Origin: a bacterium
GTDB taxonomy: Bacteria; Synergistota; GBS-1
DNA: 64,000 bases
Direction of reading: 5' to 3'
NCBI GenBank assembly: GCA_030153785.1
Contig: JASKLF010000003.1
Location: 93,645 to 157,644, forward strand
Shown here: in pieces, positions 10,259-19,851 of the stretch
How positions within the stretch are numbered: position 1 is the first letter of the stretch
Layout: each line of letters opens with the position of its first letter
Program-made: the position numbers and the translations under genes
Notes under the pieces: model-generated
What the model was told of the DNA's origin: nothing
The model's input: the letters and a program-made list of their open reading frames with translations, nothing else
The model's database searches: none

Positions 10259-12351
10259 CTGCCTACAAGTCCAAGGTTATTGACTACTCGGTTATAAACT
10301 TCGTCCATGGCATTTATAAATCTTGCGGCAGCAGAAAAGGCATGTTGATACTTAACAAGCTCCGTCATCTCTTCATCGAGCGAAACCCCCATAACCTCTT
10401 GGCGCCTGTTATCCACCTGCTTTACAAGAAGCTCCTGATTGGAACTCATTCTGCTTGCCTCTTGAGACTCAACACCAAGCTTGGCTATGGTAGCCTCAAG
10501 AAACTGATTTAAATTCACCTTTCCATCCCTCATCAGGTTTCTATACCTTATAGAAGCAAGCTTATTTGCTATGGAACCATCACCAGGACCGCTATTTACA
10601 CCGTTACCGTCCGCTGCAGTGGCAATCATTTCAGGGTAATCATTTATATCATCAGAAAGAGCTATCAAAGAAGAAGCCCCCTCAACGCTATAAACTTCAT
10701 TAAAGAAGTCAATCCCATTTTTATCTTGATTCAAACCATAGCCGGCCCGGTGTTGTGCGTTAAACTCTTTAATAAGAGTATAAGAAAACTCATCAAGCAA
10801 ATTCATATAATTGATTAATATTTCGTCTCTCGATTCCAAATATCCCAAAAGCTCGCCATTTTGCGCAGGGAAATAAGGTCTGAATAGAGTAGTTCCAATT
10901 CCCTGAAGCTCAAAGAGCATACCATCAACCACCGTTTCATATTCACCCGTAGAAACCCTTTTAGCCTCCCTAAATCGATTTCTACTGCTCCTATAAATCT
11001 CACCATTAACGCTGAATATGGCATCCTGCGGAGACCAGATATCATTAGTGGCGACTCCATCCCATAATCCCAATCTCTGAGCTATGCTTACCATATCACC
11101 TAAAACGGTTATCCTGTAATCCTCACCAAGTTCATTACTCCTCAAGACGAGATAATAAGAACCGTTATCATTTCTCGCTATAGAAGCGGTCAACCACTCC
11201 TTATAAGTGGTGGGATAGGAGGAAAGGGATTCATTGTAGAAGGCCGCGTTTATTTTGTTCATAACCGTTTTTAAGGAATCCTCTCCATCTATGTAAATGC
11301 TAACCACAGGACCATCATCAACCTTAAGAGAAAAATCTCCCCTTTCATTTCTGTCAAGCCATCCTAAGGTATAAAAGGTTATATCTTCACTAACTATGGA
11401 TGCCGTCTCATCTCCTATCATGTGAGGGAGTTCATTCGCAAGCTGGATAACGCTCACTACATACTGAGTGTTTCCAACAATAGGAGAAGCATAACCTATA
11501 GCTACATCTGGATCCGAAGAAAAGCTCAATGGTTCGAAATCCCAACGAACATCGTACATACCGTTATTGGCTGGATTAGGAATGAGAACAAGGTAGTGTC
11601 TTATACCACCCCTTATTACATCAACACCGTTAACTGTTAGAACGACCCCTCCCTTAGGATCTTCAGAAACATCTACATCTATCATTTTGGATAGCTTTTC
11701 TATTAAAAGGTCCTGTTGGTCTTGAAGGTCGTTAGGGTTATCCCCAAGACCTTTAACCATCTGAATCTGACGATTAAGATCAGCTATCTGATCTATATAA
11801 GAGTTTATCTCAGAGACTTTCATGGCTATTTCCTCATTCAAATCTGTCCTATAAGTATGAAGGTTACTCGAAATATAGTTGATAAGATTAGACAGAGTTA
11901 ATGCCTTCTCTCTTACGCTCTCTCTCAACGCCGGATCCTCAGGAGTGGTATGAAGAGCCTCTAATGCAGACCAGAACTCATCGAAAGATTGACGAATGCT
12001 GGAATCAGAAGGTTCATTGAAAAATTCCTGGATTCTGGTATAAACAATATCCCTAACCTCCCACCTTCCTAACGTCTGATACTCCTCTCTGTATTGAAGA
12101 TCCAGGAACTTATCCCTTAACCGGACGATCTGGTCTATGGTAACACCTGTCCCGATCTGACCAGGAGTGGCAGGTCTATTAAGTGCAGGATCGGTATAGG
12201 GAATCATGGTGGTTAGCTCCACTCTTTGACGAGAATACCCTTCCGTTCCCGCATTAGAGACGTTATGCCCCGTTACTTCAAGTCCTCTCCTTTGAGCAAA
12301 TATGGCTCTTTTCCCAAGCTCTATACCAAAGAAGCCTCCCGGATCTCCCAT
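10255..12351 (-). CDS. flgK: Hook-associated protein 1
   Basis: GHNVSNAGTEGYSRQRV and GVSLDEEMTELVKYQHAFSAAA. Confidence 0.96.
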   Translation of the reverse strand: MGDPGGFFGIELGKRAIFAQRRGLEVTGHNVSNAGTEGYSRQRVELTTMIPYTDPALNRPATPGQIGTGVTIDQIVRLRDKFLDLQYREEYQTLGRWEVRDIVYTRIQEFFNEPSDSSIRQSFDEFWSALEALHTTPEDPALRESVREKALTLSNLINYISSNLHTYRTDLNEEIAMKVSEINSYIDQIADLNRQIQMVKGLGDNPNDLQDQQDLLIEKLSKMIDVDVSEDPKGGVVLTVNGVDVIRGGIRHYLVLIPNPANNGMYDVRWDFEPLSFSSDPDVAIGYASPIVGNTQYVVSVIQLANELPHMIGDETASIVSEDITFYTLGWLDRNERGDFSLKVDDGPVVSIYIDGEDSLKTVMNKINAAFYNESLSSYPTTYKEWLTASIARNDNGSYYLVLRSNELGEDYRITVLGDMVSIAQRLGLWDGVATNDIWSPQDAIFSVNGEIYRSSRNRFREAKRVSTGEYETVVDGMLFELQGIGTTLFRPYFPAQNGELLGYLESRDEILINYMNLLDEFSYTLIKEFNAQHRAGYGLNQDKNGIDFFNEVYSVEGASSLIALSDDINDYPEMIATAADGNGVNSGPGDGSIANKLASIRYRNLMRDGKVNLNQFLEATIAKLGVESQEASRMSSNQELLVKQVDNRRQEVMGVSLDEEMTELVKYQHAFSAAARFINAMDEVYNRVVNNLGLVGR

Positions 12352-12359
12352 TTGAGGAC

Positions 12360-12857
12360 TTAAGCCTCCTTCTCAAACAAGGAAAAGTTAGGACCAGCTG
12401 GTTTCCCCCTCGTATAGGTAACCCTCGAAAGGGTATTCATCAAGGAATCTATAAGATAGCTTATGTATTTTAACGTAGACTCAATAAGGTAACGATTGGT
12501 TTCGTTTATTTCCTTAAGCTCATCTAAAACCGTTTTAAGTTGCTTGGCCCTTTCCTCCAGGGGGGCAAAATCCTCCTCCTTAAAAAAAGATTTAAGGTCA
12601 CTTAGTTTTATATCATTCTCTTCTAAACCAAGCTCTTGAGCTAATTTCGCGATCTCCGCTATCCTCTTTGCTTCAAGCCTTTCTGCCTCAACGATAAGCA
12701 TTCTTTCCTCTCCGATGATTTTAGCCAAAAGATCAACGTTATCCTTTACCACAGCATCTCTTTTCCTTAAGGACAGCTCGCACAACTTGCGATAAAGGGA
12801 AAGTTCCTCCTCTAAAACCGAAGCTAATTCACTCAAGCTAAGCTGTTTCTCTCGCAT
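12360..12857 (-). CDS. flgN: FlgN chaperone
   Basis: Helical protein with INETNRYLI motif, between flgM and flgK. Confidence 0.85.
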   Translation of the reverse strand: MREKQLSLSELASVLEEELSLYRKLCELSLRKRDAVVKDNVDLLAKIIGEERMLIVEAERLEAKRIAEIAKLAQELGLEENDIKLSDLKSFFKEEDFAPLEERAKQLKTVLDELKEINETNRYLIESTLKYISYLIDSLMNTLSRVTYTRGKPAGPNFSLFEKEA

Positions 12858-12859
12858 CT

Positions 12860-13162
12860 TTACTCACCCGAGGAGAAAAAATGTTCTTCTAATATTTTCT
12901 TGGCTACCTCTTTAGGATCGGGATTATACTTACCTTCCTCTATAAGTTTCTTTAGCTCCTCTACCCTGTCTTTTCTAACTTCAGGAACGGAAGAAAGCGC
13001 CTCCAGTGCCACCTTTATCTCCACAGCTTTGGAAGATATTTCCACTTTATCATCCTGAGATGATACTTTAACGTCTTCTTTAAACTTTATTTTCTTTTTC
13101 GAAGGCTTTATCCCTTCAAGGTAGGCTCTAAAAACTTCTCCTATCTTCTTGCCATAATCCAC
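12860..13162 (-). CDS. flgM: Anti-sigma-28 factor FlgM
   Basis: DKVEISS and PEVRKDRVEELKKLIEEGKY..VAKKIL. Confidence 0.9.
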   Translation of the reverse strand: MDYGKKIGEVFRAYLEGIKPSKKKIKFKEDVKVSSQDDKVEISSKAVEIKVALEALSSVPEVRKDRVEELKKLIEEGKYNPDPKEVAKKILEEHFFSSGE

Positions 13163-13185
13163 TGAGGTTCACCCCCTCATTTCTA

Positions 13186-13213
13186 TTTTCGGCAAGCAAG
13201 AGGGGGTTCTTCA
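13186..13213 (-). promoter_or_regulatory. Probable sigma-28 promoter of flgM operon
   Basis: TGAA-N16-GCCGAAAA; same spacing and CTTGCCGA context as the fliC promoter. Confidence 0.6.
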
Positions 13214-13636
13214 CTCCTTCTTATCTTTTTTCTTAAAAACATCTATAATGTACATCCTTGCCCTCTCTTTCTTTTCCGCTTCCCTCTCAAGATCCTCCTG
13301 AACCGAACTTAAAGCATTTTGAAGCTCCTTAAGACAACTAGGACAATACTCTCCAGAACTTATAGGCTCACCACATCTTTTGCATCTCAATTTCCCAGCC
13401 ACATCGGTAAACTTAAGCTGAATTCTTCCCTGCTTTATAAACTCAAGAATCTCATCTTCTTCAACCTCGGTAGCCTCGCTTATCTCCTTTATGGTAGCCC
13501 TCGGATGATCCCTCAGGTAGTTATATACCTTCTCAAAATCCCTTTCCTCTTCTTCTATACACTGAGGACATACCTTCCGGCCCCCCGTCCACAAAAAAGC
13601 TCTCCCACACTTTATACAGTTCGCAAGCTCCGACAC
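13211..13636 (-). CDS. yvyF: Flagellar operon protein YvyF-like (Zn-ribbon/HTH)
   Basis: LANCIKCG..CPQC..FEKVYNYLRDHP..CKRCG..CPSC, between comF and flgM. Confidence 0.85.
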   Translation of the reverse strand: MSELANCIKCGRAFLWTGGRKVCPQCIEEEERDFEKVYNYLRDHPRATIKEISEATEVEEDEILEFIKQGRIQLKFTDVAGKLRCKRCGEPISSGEYCPSCLKELQNALSSVQEDLEREAEKKERARMYIIDVFKKKDKKE

Positions 13637-13655
13637 ATCTTACACCCCCTTTCTA

Positions 13656-14246
13656 TTAAAGGCTAACCGCTATAACGAGTTTAACAATTTTCAAGGCTCC
13701 AGCTTTTAAAAGCGCTCCCGAACATTCTTCTAAGGTAGTCCCTGTGGTAAGAACATCATCTACCAAAAGAACCCTCATTCCCCGAAGCTCTCCGTTAAAA
13801 TAAAAAGCTCCTTTTAAATTTCTCTCCCTCTCCACCTTCTTGAGGGTAACTTGGGGAGGGGTAGGTCTAACCTTAAAGAGAGAAAAGGAAACGTTTTTCC
13901 CCAACCGCAAAGCTAATTCCTTTGCAAAAAGAGCAACATGACTAAACGTCTTCCTTCTCAACGGATCCTCAGGAACCGGAACTACAAGGTCTATATCCTT
14001 TTTAAGAAAAAGTAAATCATCTTTATAGAAAGAAATAAGCTCAACTATGGGCCTACCATAACCTTTATACTTGGCGTTAAGAATTATATCCCTTAAAACT
14101 CCCTCGTATATTCCAAATGCATAAGCCTTACCGTAAAGCTTAAACCCTCCAATTTTAGACAAGCATTCTTCGCAAACCGCCCTACCCCACGTCCCACATC
14201 CCACACACTTATCAGGAAAAATAAGCTCTCTTAAAAGAGAGAACAT
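13656..14246 (-). CDS. comF: ComF/ComFC family phosphoribosyltransferase-like protein
   Basis: N-terminal CxxC..CxxC and LLVDDVLTTGTT. Confidence 0.9.
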   Translation of the reverse strand: MFSLLRELIFPDKCVGCGTWGRAVCEECLSKIGGFKLYGKAYAFGIYEGVLRDIILNAKYKGYGRPIVELISFYKDDLLFLKKDIDLVVPVPEDPLRRKTFSHVALFAKELALRLGKNVSFSLFKVRPTPPQVTLKKVERERNLKGAFYFNGELRGMRVLLVDDVLTTGTTLEECSGALLKAGALKIVKLVIAVSL

Positions 14247-14254
14247 AGGGAAAA

Positions 14255-15451
14255 CTATAGCTTTTCCGCTGCCCTCTTTAAATCCTCCGCTTTATCAGGT
14301 CTCTCCCAGGGAACATCTAAGTCCTCTCTACCAAAGTGTCCGTATGCTGCCACCTGCTTGTATATGGGTCTACGCAAACCAAGGTCCCTTATTATGGCTG
14401 CAGGACGAAAATCGAAAAACTCTTTCACGAGTTCCTCTATTTTTTCATCGGCTATCTTACCAGTTCCAAAGGTATCAATAGATATTGCAACCGGGTGAGC
14501 TACACCTATCGCATAGGCCACTTGAATTTCACATTTATCTGCAAGTCCTGCAGCAACTATGTTCTTAGCCACATATCTTGCCATATAAGCCCCAGATCTA
14601 TCGACCTTCGTTGGATCCTTCCCAGAGAAACAACCTCCACCATGTCTCACAGCTCCACCATAAGTATCAACCATTATCTTTCTTCCCGTCAATCCAGTGT
14701 CAGCGAGAGGACCACCCAAAACAAATCTACCCGTTGGATTTATAAGGTATTTAACGTCCTTCGCTAAAAACTCTGGTGGTATTACGGGTTTTATAACATG
14801 CTCAATTATATCGCCTCTAAGTTGATCAAGCTCTATAGCGGGGTGATGCTGGGCAGAAACTATCACCGTTGTAACTCTCACAGGTTTCCCATCCTCATAT
14901 TCCACAGTTACCTGAGTTTTACCATCAGGTCTAAGATAGGGAAGGATTTTTTCCTTCCTCACATAAGCAAGCCTTTTGGCAAGCTTATGAGCTAAAGTTA
15001 TAGGAAGAGGCATAAGCTCGGGAGTCTCGTTACAAGCGTATCCTATCATTATTCCTTGGTCACCAGCACCGATTCTGTCTATTTCTGCATCGCTCATTAC
15101 CCCTTCCCTTATTTCTAATGCCATGTCTACACCTTGAGCTATATCAGGAGACTGTTCATCAATTGCCGTAACCACAGCACAAGTGTCGCCATCGAACCCA
15201 TATTTAGCTCTCGTATAACCGATTTCCTTAACCGTTTCTCTTGCAATCTTTGGAATATCCACATAACACTCAGTTGTAATTTCACCAGCAACCACTACCA
15301 ACCCTGTGGTAACGAGAACCTCACAAGCAACCCTTCCCATTGGGTCTTTTTCTAAAATAGCATCAAGAACAGCATCAGAGATCTGGTCAGCAATCTTATC
15401 GGGATGTCCCTCGGTAACAGATTCTGAGGTTAACAAATACTTTCTTGGCAT
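14255..15451 (-). CDS. metK: S-adenosylmethionine synthetase
   Basis: [34 protein letters not shown]; start set at ATG 15451 behind AAAGGAGG. Confidence 0.98.
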   Translation of the reverse strand: MPRKYLLTSESVTEGHPDKIADQISDAVLDAILEKDPMGRVACEVLVTTGLVVVAGEITTECYVDIPKIARETVKEIGYTRAKYGFDGDTCAVVTAIDEQSPDIAQGVDMALEIREGVMSDAEIDRIGAGDQGIMIGYACNETPELMPLPITLAHKLAKRLAYVRKEKILPYLRPDGKTQVTVEYEDGKPVRVTTVIVSAQHHPAIELDQLRGDIIEHVIKPVIPPEFLAKDVKYLINPTGRFVLGGPLADTGLTGRKIMVDTYGGAVRHGGGCFSGKDPTKVDRSGAYMARYVAKNIVAAGLADKCEIQVAYAIGVAHPVAISIDTFGTGKIADEKIEELVKEFFDFRPAAIIRDLGLRRPIYKQVAAYGHFGREDLDVPWERPDKAEDLKRAAEKL

Positions 15452-15465
15452 TTCTTCTCCTCCTT

Positions 15466-16518
15466 TCAAATAGATTTTGACATTTCATTCTTAAGCTTAG
15501 TTATTATGCTCACAGGAGTAGGATCTACACCATTAAGATAAGCCAAATATAGGCTGACAAAGTCTCCAAAGTAAATTAAACTATAAAGAATGGCCATCTC
15601 TCTTTGGCCTCTACCTTCTACCTCTCTCCAACCTCCAATGCTATTAGATATTAAATCTCTGGTAATACCAAACCTCAAAGATGTTCTACCATATTCCTTG
15701 GAATGCCTTAAAGCAACAATCTTAAACACGTTCTTAAAATTATCGGTCATCCATCCAACAATCTCGTTATGGTCAAGTTCAGGAAAATTACAGGCATAGG
15801 CGGGTTGCTTGCTGTTTTCATTTATCTGGGTTTTCCATCTGTAAGCAGCGACCCCACTTATTCCATCGTCTCCATACATAAGTGGAACGCTTCCTTTAAG
15901 CCAAAGAGCCATATCCTTAGCTTTATTCTGAGAAACAGGAACTTCTGGAGAAAGCTCCTCCTTTAACTCCCGAAGTACTGAAATGGTTTCCTCAAATTCT
16001 TTCTCAAAATTAGCCACGCCATACCTATACATAAAGGCCAAAAGAGGGACTGAAAGATAACCCAAAGCTCCTCTCGGCTGAAAACCCGTAGGAACCTTAA
16101 AGCAGGATATCCCTTTCGACCGTGCCATTTCTTCAAGCCTACCGCCACTGGTTAAAAATAAAGGCTTTACACCTCTTTTTAACCCTTCCTCACATGCTGA
16201 AAGGGTCTCCTCCGTATTTCCAGAATAACTTACCCCTAAAAGAAGTGTATCCTCGTCAACCCAAGAAGGAAGTTCATACCCTCGAACAACATCGATGAAA
16301 ACCTTAGACCTTTTCTTCAAGAGAGCTTTTAAGATATCCCCTCCAACAGCTGACCCCCCCATTCCCACTACGATAGCATTTTTAAAATTAAATTTGGGCA
16401 AATCAAAATCTAAAGCCCTTTCAAGTGCATCCCTAAACTGCTCGGGGAAGGACAAAAGAGTATTCATACTACCACCAGGGTCGCATAAAGACAAATCTAA
16501 CGAATCCAAGTTTATCAC
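15466..16518 (-). CDS. Bifunctional phosphoglucose/phosphomannose isomerase (archaeal-type SIS)
   Basis: [38 protein letters not shown] start at 16518 behind AAGGAGGGG. Confidence 0.9.
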   Translation of the reverse strand: MINLDSLDLSLCDPGGSMNTLLSFPEQFRDALERALDFDLPKFNFKNAIVVGMGGSAVGGDILKALLKKRSKVFIDVVRGYELPSWVDEDTLLLGVSYSGNTEETLSACEEGLKRGVKPLFLTSGGRLEEMARSKGISCFKVPTGFQPRGALGYLSVPLLAFMYRYGVANFEKEFEETISVLRELKEELSPEVPVSQNKAKDMALWLKGSVPLMYGDDGISGVAAYRWKTQINENSKQPAYACNFPELDHNEIVGWMTDNFKNVFKIVALRHSKEYGRTSLRFGITRDLISNSIGGWREVEGRGQREMAILYSLIYFGDFVSLYLAYLNGVDPTPVSIITKLKNEMSKSI

Positions 16519-16540
16519 AATTATCCCCTCCTTAAAATAC

Positions 16541-17263
16541 CTAAAAAACAAACTTCTCTCCTAAGTAAAGCTTCCTTGCCACCTTACTCCTTGCTATAAC
16601 ACCAGGAGGACCTTCTATCAAAATTTTCCCACTATGAATAAGATAAGCCCTGTCCGTAATAGAGAGAGCTTCTCTAACATTATGGTCCGTTAAAAGTATC
16701 CCTATTCCTCGCTCTTTCAAGGAGATTATCATTCTCTGTATATCATAAACCGTGATGGGATCTATGCCAGAAAAGGGCTCATCAAGCAGAAGAAATAACG
16801 GCGCCCCTACCATTGCTCTTGCTATCTCTACCCTCCTTCTTTCTCCACCGGAAAGAGAACACCCCTCATAGTTAGCTATTTCTCTAAGGCCAAACTCATC
16901 CAAAATTGCAGATAAAAGCCTTTTACGCTTAGATAAAGGAACACCTATACCTTCCATTGCAAGAAGAAGATTCTCCTTAACCGTTAAATCCCTAAAAACA
17001 GATGGCTCTTGCGGTAAGTAGGCTATTCCCGCTTGAGCTCTTCGATACATCGGCATATCAGTAATATCAACATCATCCAGAAAAACCTTTCCGCCGTCCG
17101 GTCTAACCAAACCAACAATCATATAGAAAGTAGTAGTTTTACCTGCTCCATTGGGACCAAGTAAACCCACTATCTCTCCCTCGCTAACCGATATGGATAC
17201 TTCCTTCACTACCTCCCGCCCACCATAAATCTTGATTAATCCTTCTCCTCTAAGAACTACCAT
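16541..17263 (-). CDS. lptB: LPS export ABC ATPase
   Basis: GLLGPNGAGKTTTFYM, YLPQEPSVFR, LSGGERRRVEIAR, LLDEPFSGIDP, TDHNVRE. Confidence 0.95.
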   Translation of the reverse strand: MVVLRGEGLIKIYGGREVVKEVSISVSEGEIVGLLGPNGAGKTTTFYMIVGLVRPDGGKVFLDDVDITDMPMYRRAQAGIAYLPQEPSVFRDLTVKENLLLAMEGIGVPLSKRKRLLSAILDEFGLREIANYEGCSLSGGERRRVEIARAMVGAPLFLLLDEPFSGIDPITVYDIQRMIISLKERGIGILLTDHNVREALSITDRAYLIHSGKILIEGPPGVIARSKVARKLYLGEKFVF

Positions 17264-17266
17264 TTT

Positions 17267-18055
17267 CTAGTGGATTATCATTCTGGTCTCTCCCACAGCC
17301 CTCATAACTCCTGTAGCAAGATTATATAATATCTCATCCGCTTGAAGCTCAGTTTTATCCTTCACAGCAGAGGCCCTTCCATAAACCTTGACTAAACCCG
17401 CATCAGCATCATAAACTCCTTCATCCCCTTTTGCTTGAAAGGTGCTTTTATTCTTGACATGTTTAACAGAAACGCTACCCGAACATAAAATTGTCTTTAT
17501 TTTCCCATCGCCTCCAAAAACCACCTTTGCTGAAGATGATGCTATATATAGTTTTTTTTCGCTATCCTCATACTTTGGTAATTTCACTTTCGCCTCACCG
17601 TTCTCATAAACTATCTCCTCAGCTATTAAAACTGCTCCGTTCTTCACTATCTTTGGCTTCTCATAAGCTCTAAACCTACTTTTACCCTTAGCTTCAAGCT
17701 TCCCACATTCAAGCCTTACTCCCTCTTTAGTCACAAGCACAACCTTTTCTTCAGCCAAATAGGTTTCGGAAGCAGCATCAAAGCTAACCTTAAAAGCTCT
17801 CAATGTCCCTCTCTCATCTTCTATGACCACGTTTCCCTCAAGAAAAGCATCACGGCTCTTAAAGTTGACCCAACCTTTGTCAGCAGTAGCCTTTCTGCCA
17901 CCCCAGAGAAGAGTCACATTTCCAACAGCTTCCATTAAATCTTTTTCAGGGTAATAGAGAACCTTATCAGCATTAAGCTTTATCTCTAAGGCGAAAGAGA
18001 AGGAAGATAGAAAAACGAACAGGAACACAACGGTAACTATTCTACCTTTACTCAT
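17267..18055 (-). CDS. OstA/LptA-like beta-jellyroll periplasmic protein
   Basis: Signal peptide, repeated 'AD...A.GNV' beta motifs, adjacent to lptB. Confidence 0.75.
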   Translation of the reverse strand: MSKGRIVTVVFLFVFLSSFSFALEIKLNADKVLYYPEKDLMEAVGNVTLLWGGRKATADKGWVNFKSRDAFLEGNVVIEDERGTLRAFKVSFDAASETYLAEEKVVLVTKEGVRLECGKLEAKGKSRFRAYEKPKIVKNGAVLIAEEIVYENGEAKVKLPKYEDSEKKLYIASSSAKVVFGGDGKIKTILCSGSVSVKHVKNKSTFQAKGDEGVYDADAGLVKVYGRASAVKDKTELQADEILYNLATGVMRAVGETRMIIH

Positions 18056-19177
18056 GACGCCACCTTCCTACCATCCATAGCCAGCCAGCGAAGATAAGCA
18101 TCTATAAAGGGATCTATATCACCATCCATAACGCTTAAAGCGTTCGTAACTTCAAAGCCCGTTCTATGGTCTTTAACCAAGGTGTAAGGATGGAAAACAT
18201 AAGATCGGATCTGGCTACCCCATGCTATTTCCCTCTTTTCCCCTTTCAACCTCTCTATCTCCTCCATTTTCTTCCTTCTTTCCAACTCGTATAACTTACT
18301 TTTTAATATCTTTAGAGCGGTCATTTTGTTTTGATACTGGGACCTCTCATTTTGGCAAGAGACAACTATACCAGTAGGAATGTGAGTTATCCTTACCGCA
18401 CTGTCAGTGGTGTTAACATACTGGCCTCCCCTACCACTCGCCCTAAAAGTCTCTATCTTTAAATCTTCCTCCTTTATCTCAATGTTAACATCCTCTGGTA
18501 TCTCGGGAACTACCTCAACAGAAGCGAAAGAAGTATGCCTCCTTTTTGAAGCATCAAAAGGAGAGATTCTTACCAGTCTATGAACCCCATTCTCTCCCTT
18601 AAGGAGACCATAAGCATACTCACCCTCAATCAATATGGTTACGCTTTTTATACCTGCATCTTCAGCCTCCTGATAATCAAGCACCTTTACCTCAAACCCT
18701 TTATCCTCTGCCCACCTCATATACATTCTAAGAAGCATATAAGCCCAATCTTGAGATTCTGTTCCCCCCGCACCAGGATGAATGGAAAGTATTGCATTCG
18801 CCTTATCAAACTCATCAGCCAGAAAAACCTTTCTTTCCCAGCTTACCAAATCTTTCTCTAAATCCTCTATGCTTTTTAGTAACTCTTCCCCCAATGCCTC
18901 ATCATATCCCTCCATTAAAAGATCAATCATCGCTTGAATATCTTCTATTTTGTTTTGGGTTTCCTCAATGGAAAATAGAATCTTCTCTACCTCTTTTAGC
19001 CTCCTCGTTATTCTCTGGGCTTCTTGTGCATCCTCCCAAATTTCAGGAGAAGCTACCTTCTTCTCAAGCTCCTCCCTCTCGGCAGACAAAAGGGATGTGT
19101 CAAAAACAGCTCCGGATGCGCCCCCAGCGCCCCAAAAGCTCCTCAAAACGAATAGTGACCTCATCCATCTTAAGCAT
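18052..19177 (-). CDS. prfB: Peptide chain release factor 2, programmed +1 frameshift
   Basis: SPF (RISPFD) and GGQ motifs. ORF1 from ATG 19177 (SD AAGGGGGG) reads MLKMDEVTIRFEELLGRWGRIRSCF-TGA; the +1 frame continues D-T-S-L-L into the long ORF. Confidence 0.95.
19099..19114 (-). promoter_or_regulatory. prfB +1 frameshift site CGG AGC TGT TTT TGA C
   Basis: In-frame UGA at codon 26 (19102-19100) preceded by UUU and a weak SD-like GGAG. Confidence 0.85.
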
Positions 19178-19194
19178 AGCAGTTTCCCCCCTTG

Positions 19195-19836
19195 TTACTT
19201 CCTATACTGCATAACAATAACCTTTGTCTCCTTGGGAAGGGTATATGCATCTACCTCTAACCAGCTTCTGTCAAGAACCTCAACATTACTCAAGCCAGAG
19301 ATAAAGGGCTCAACCCCACTGATAGGAAAATTTAAAACGGGCGTCTTAAAATGCATCGGAATTGCAATCTTTGGTTTAAGCTCCGCTAATATCTTTTTGG
19401 CTTCAGCCCCATCTATAGTATAAAAGCCGCCCACGGGTATAAAGAGAATATCAACGCTTCCAAAGCTTGCAAGCTGAGCGGGTGAAGGAACATGGCCGAG
19501 ATCTCCAAGGTGAACAAGTCTTAAACCATCAGTATCTATTATAAAGGCAATATTTTTGCCCCTCTCCCTTCCTCCCGATTTATCATGAAAAAGCTCAACT
19601 CCTGAGATACTCACTCCTTTAACCGTTCTGAGCTCGGGAGTCATAACTACATGAGGTTTTCCTTTAACTCCATCAACATAGTTGTGATCGAAATGGTCAT
19701 GGCTTACCAAAACTATATCAGCCTCATAAGGAATAGGAGTGTAACCCAAAGTGGGATCATAAGGATCTGTGATGATCCTCACCCCATCTTTGGTCTCTAT
19801 AAAAAAGCAGGCATGCCCTAACCACTCTATTCTCAT
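19195..19836 (-). CDS. Metallo-beta-lactamase-fold hydrolase
   Basis: WLGHACF, TDPY, SHDHFDH, HLGDLGH, IPMH. Confidence 0.9.
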   Translation of the reverse strand: MRIEWLGHACFFIETKDGVRIITDPYDPTLGYTPIPYEADIVLVSHDHFDHNYVDGVKGKPHVVMTPELRTVKGVSISGVELFHDKSGGRERGKNIAFIIDTDGLRLVHLGDLGHVPSPAQLASFGSVDILFIPVGGFYTIDGAEAKKILAELKPKIAIPMHFKTPVLNFPISGVEPFISGLSNVEVLDRSWLEVDAYTLPKETKVIVMQYRK

Positions 19837-19851
19837 CCATCATCACCTCAC

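Noticed and set aside
15452..15470. SAM riboswitch upstream of metK
   Set aside because: Only 14 nt separate the upstream stop codon from the metK start
18052..19177. prfB as a frameshifted pseudogene
   Set aside because: The stop is at the conserved programmed-frameshift position and the SPF and GGQ motifs are intact
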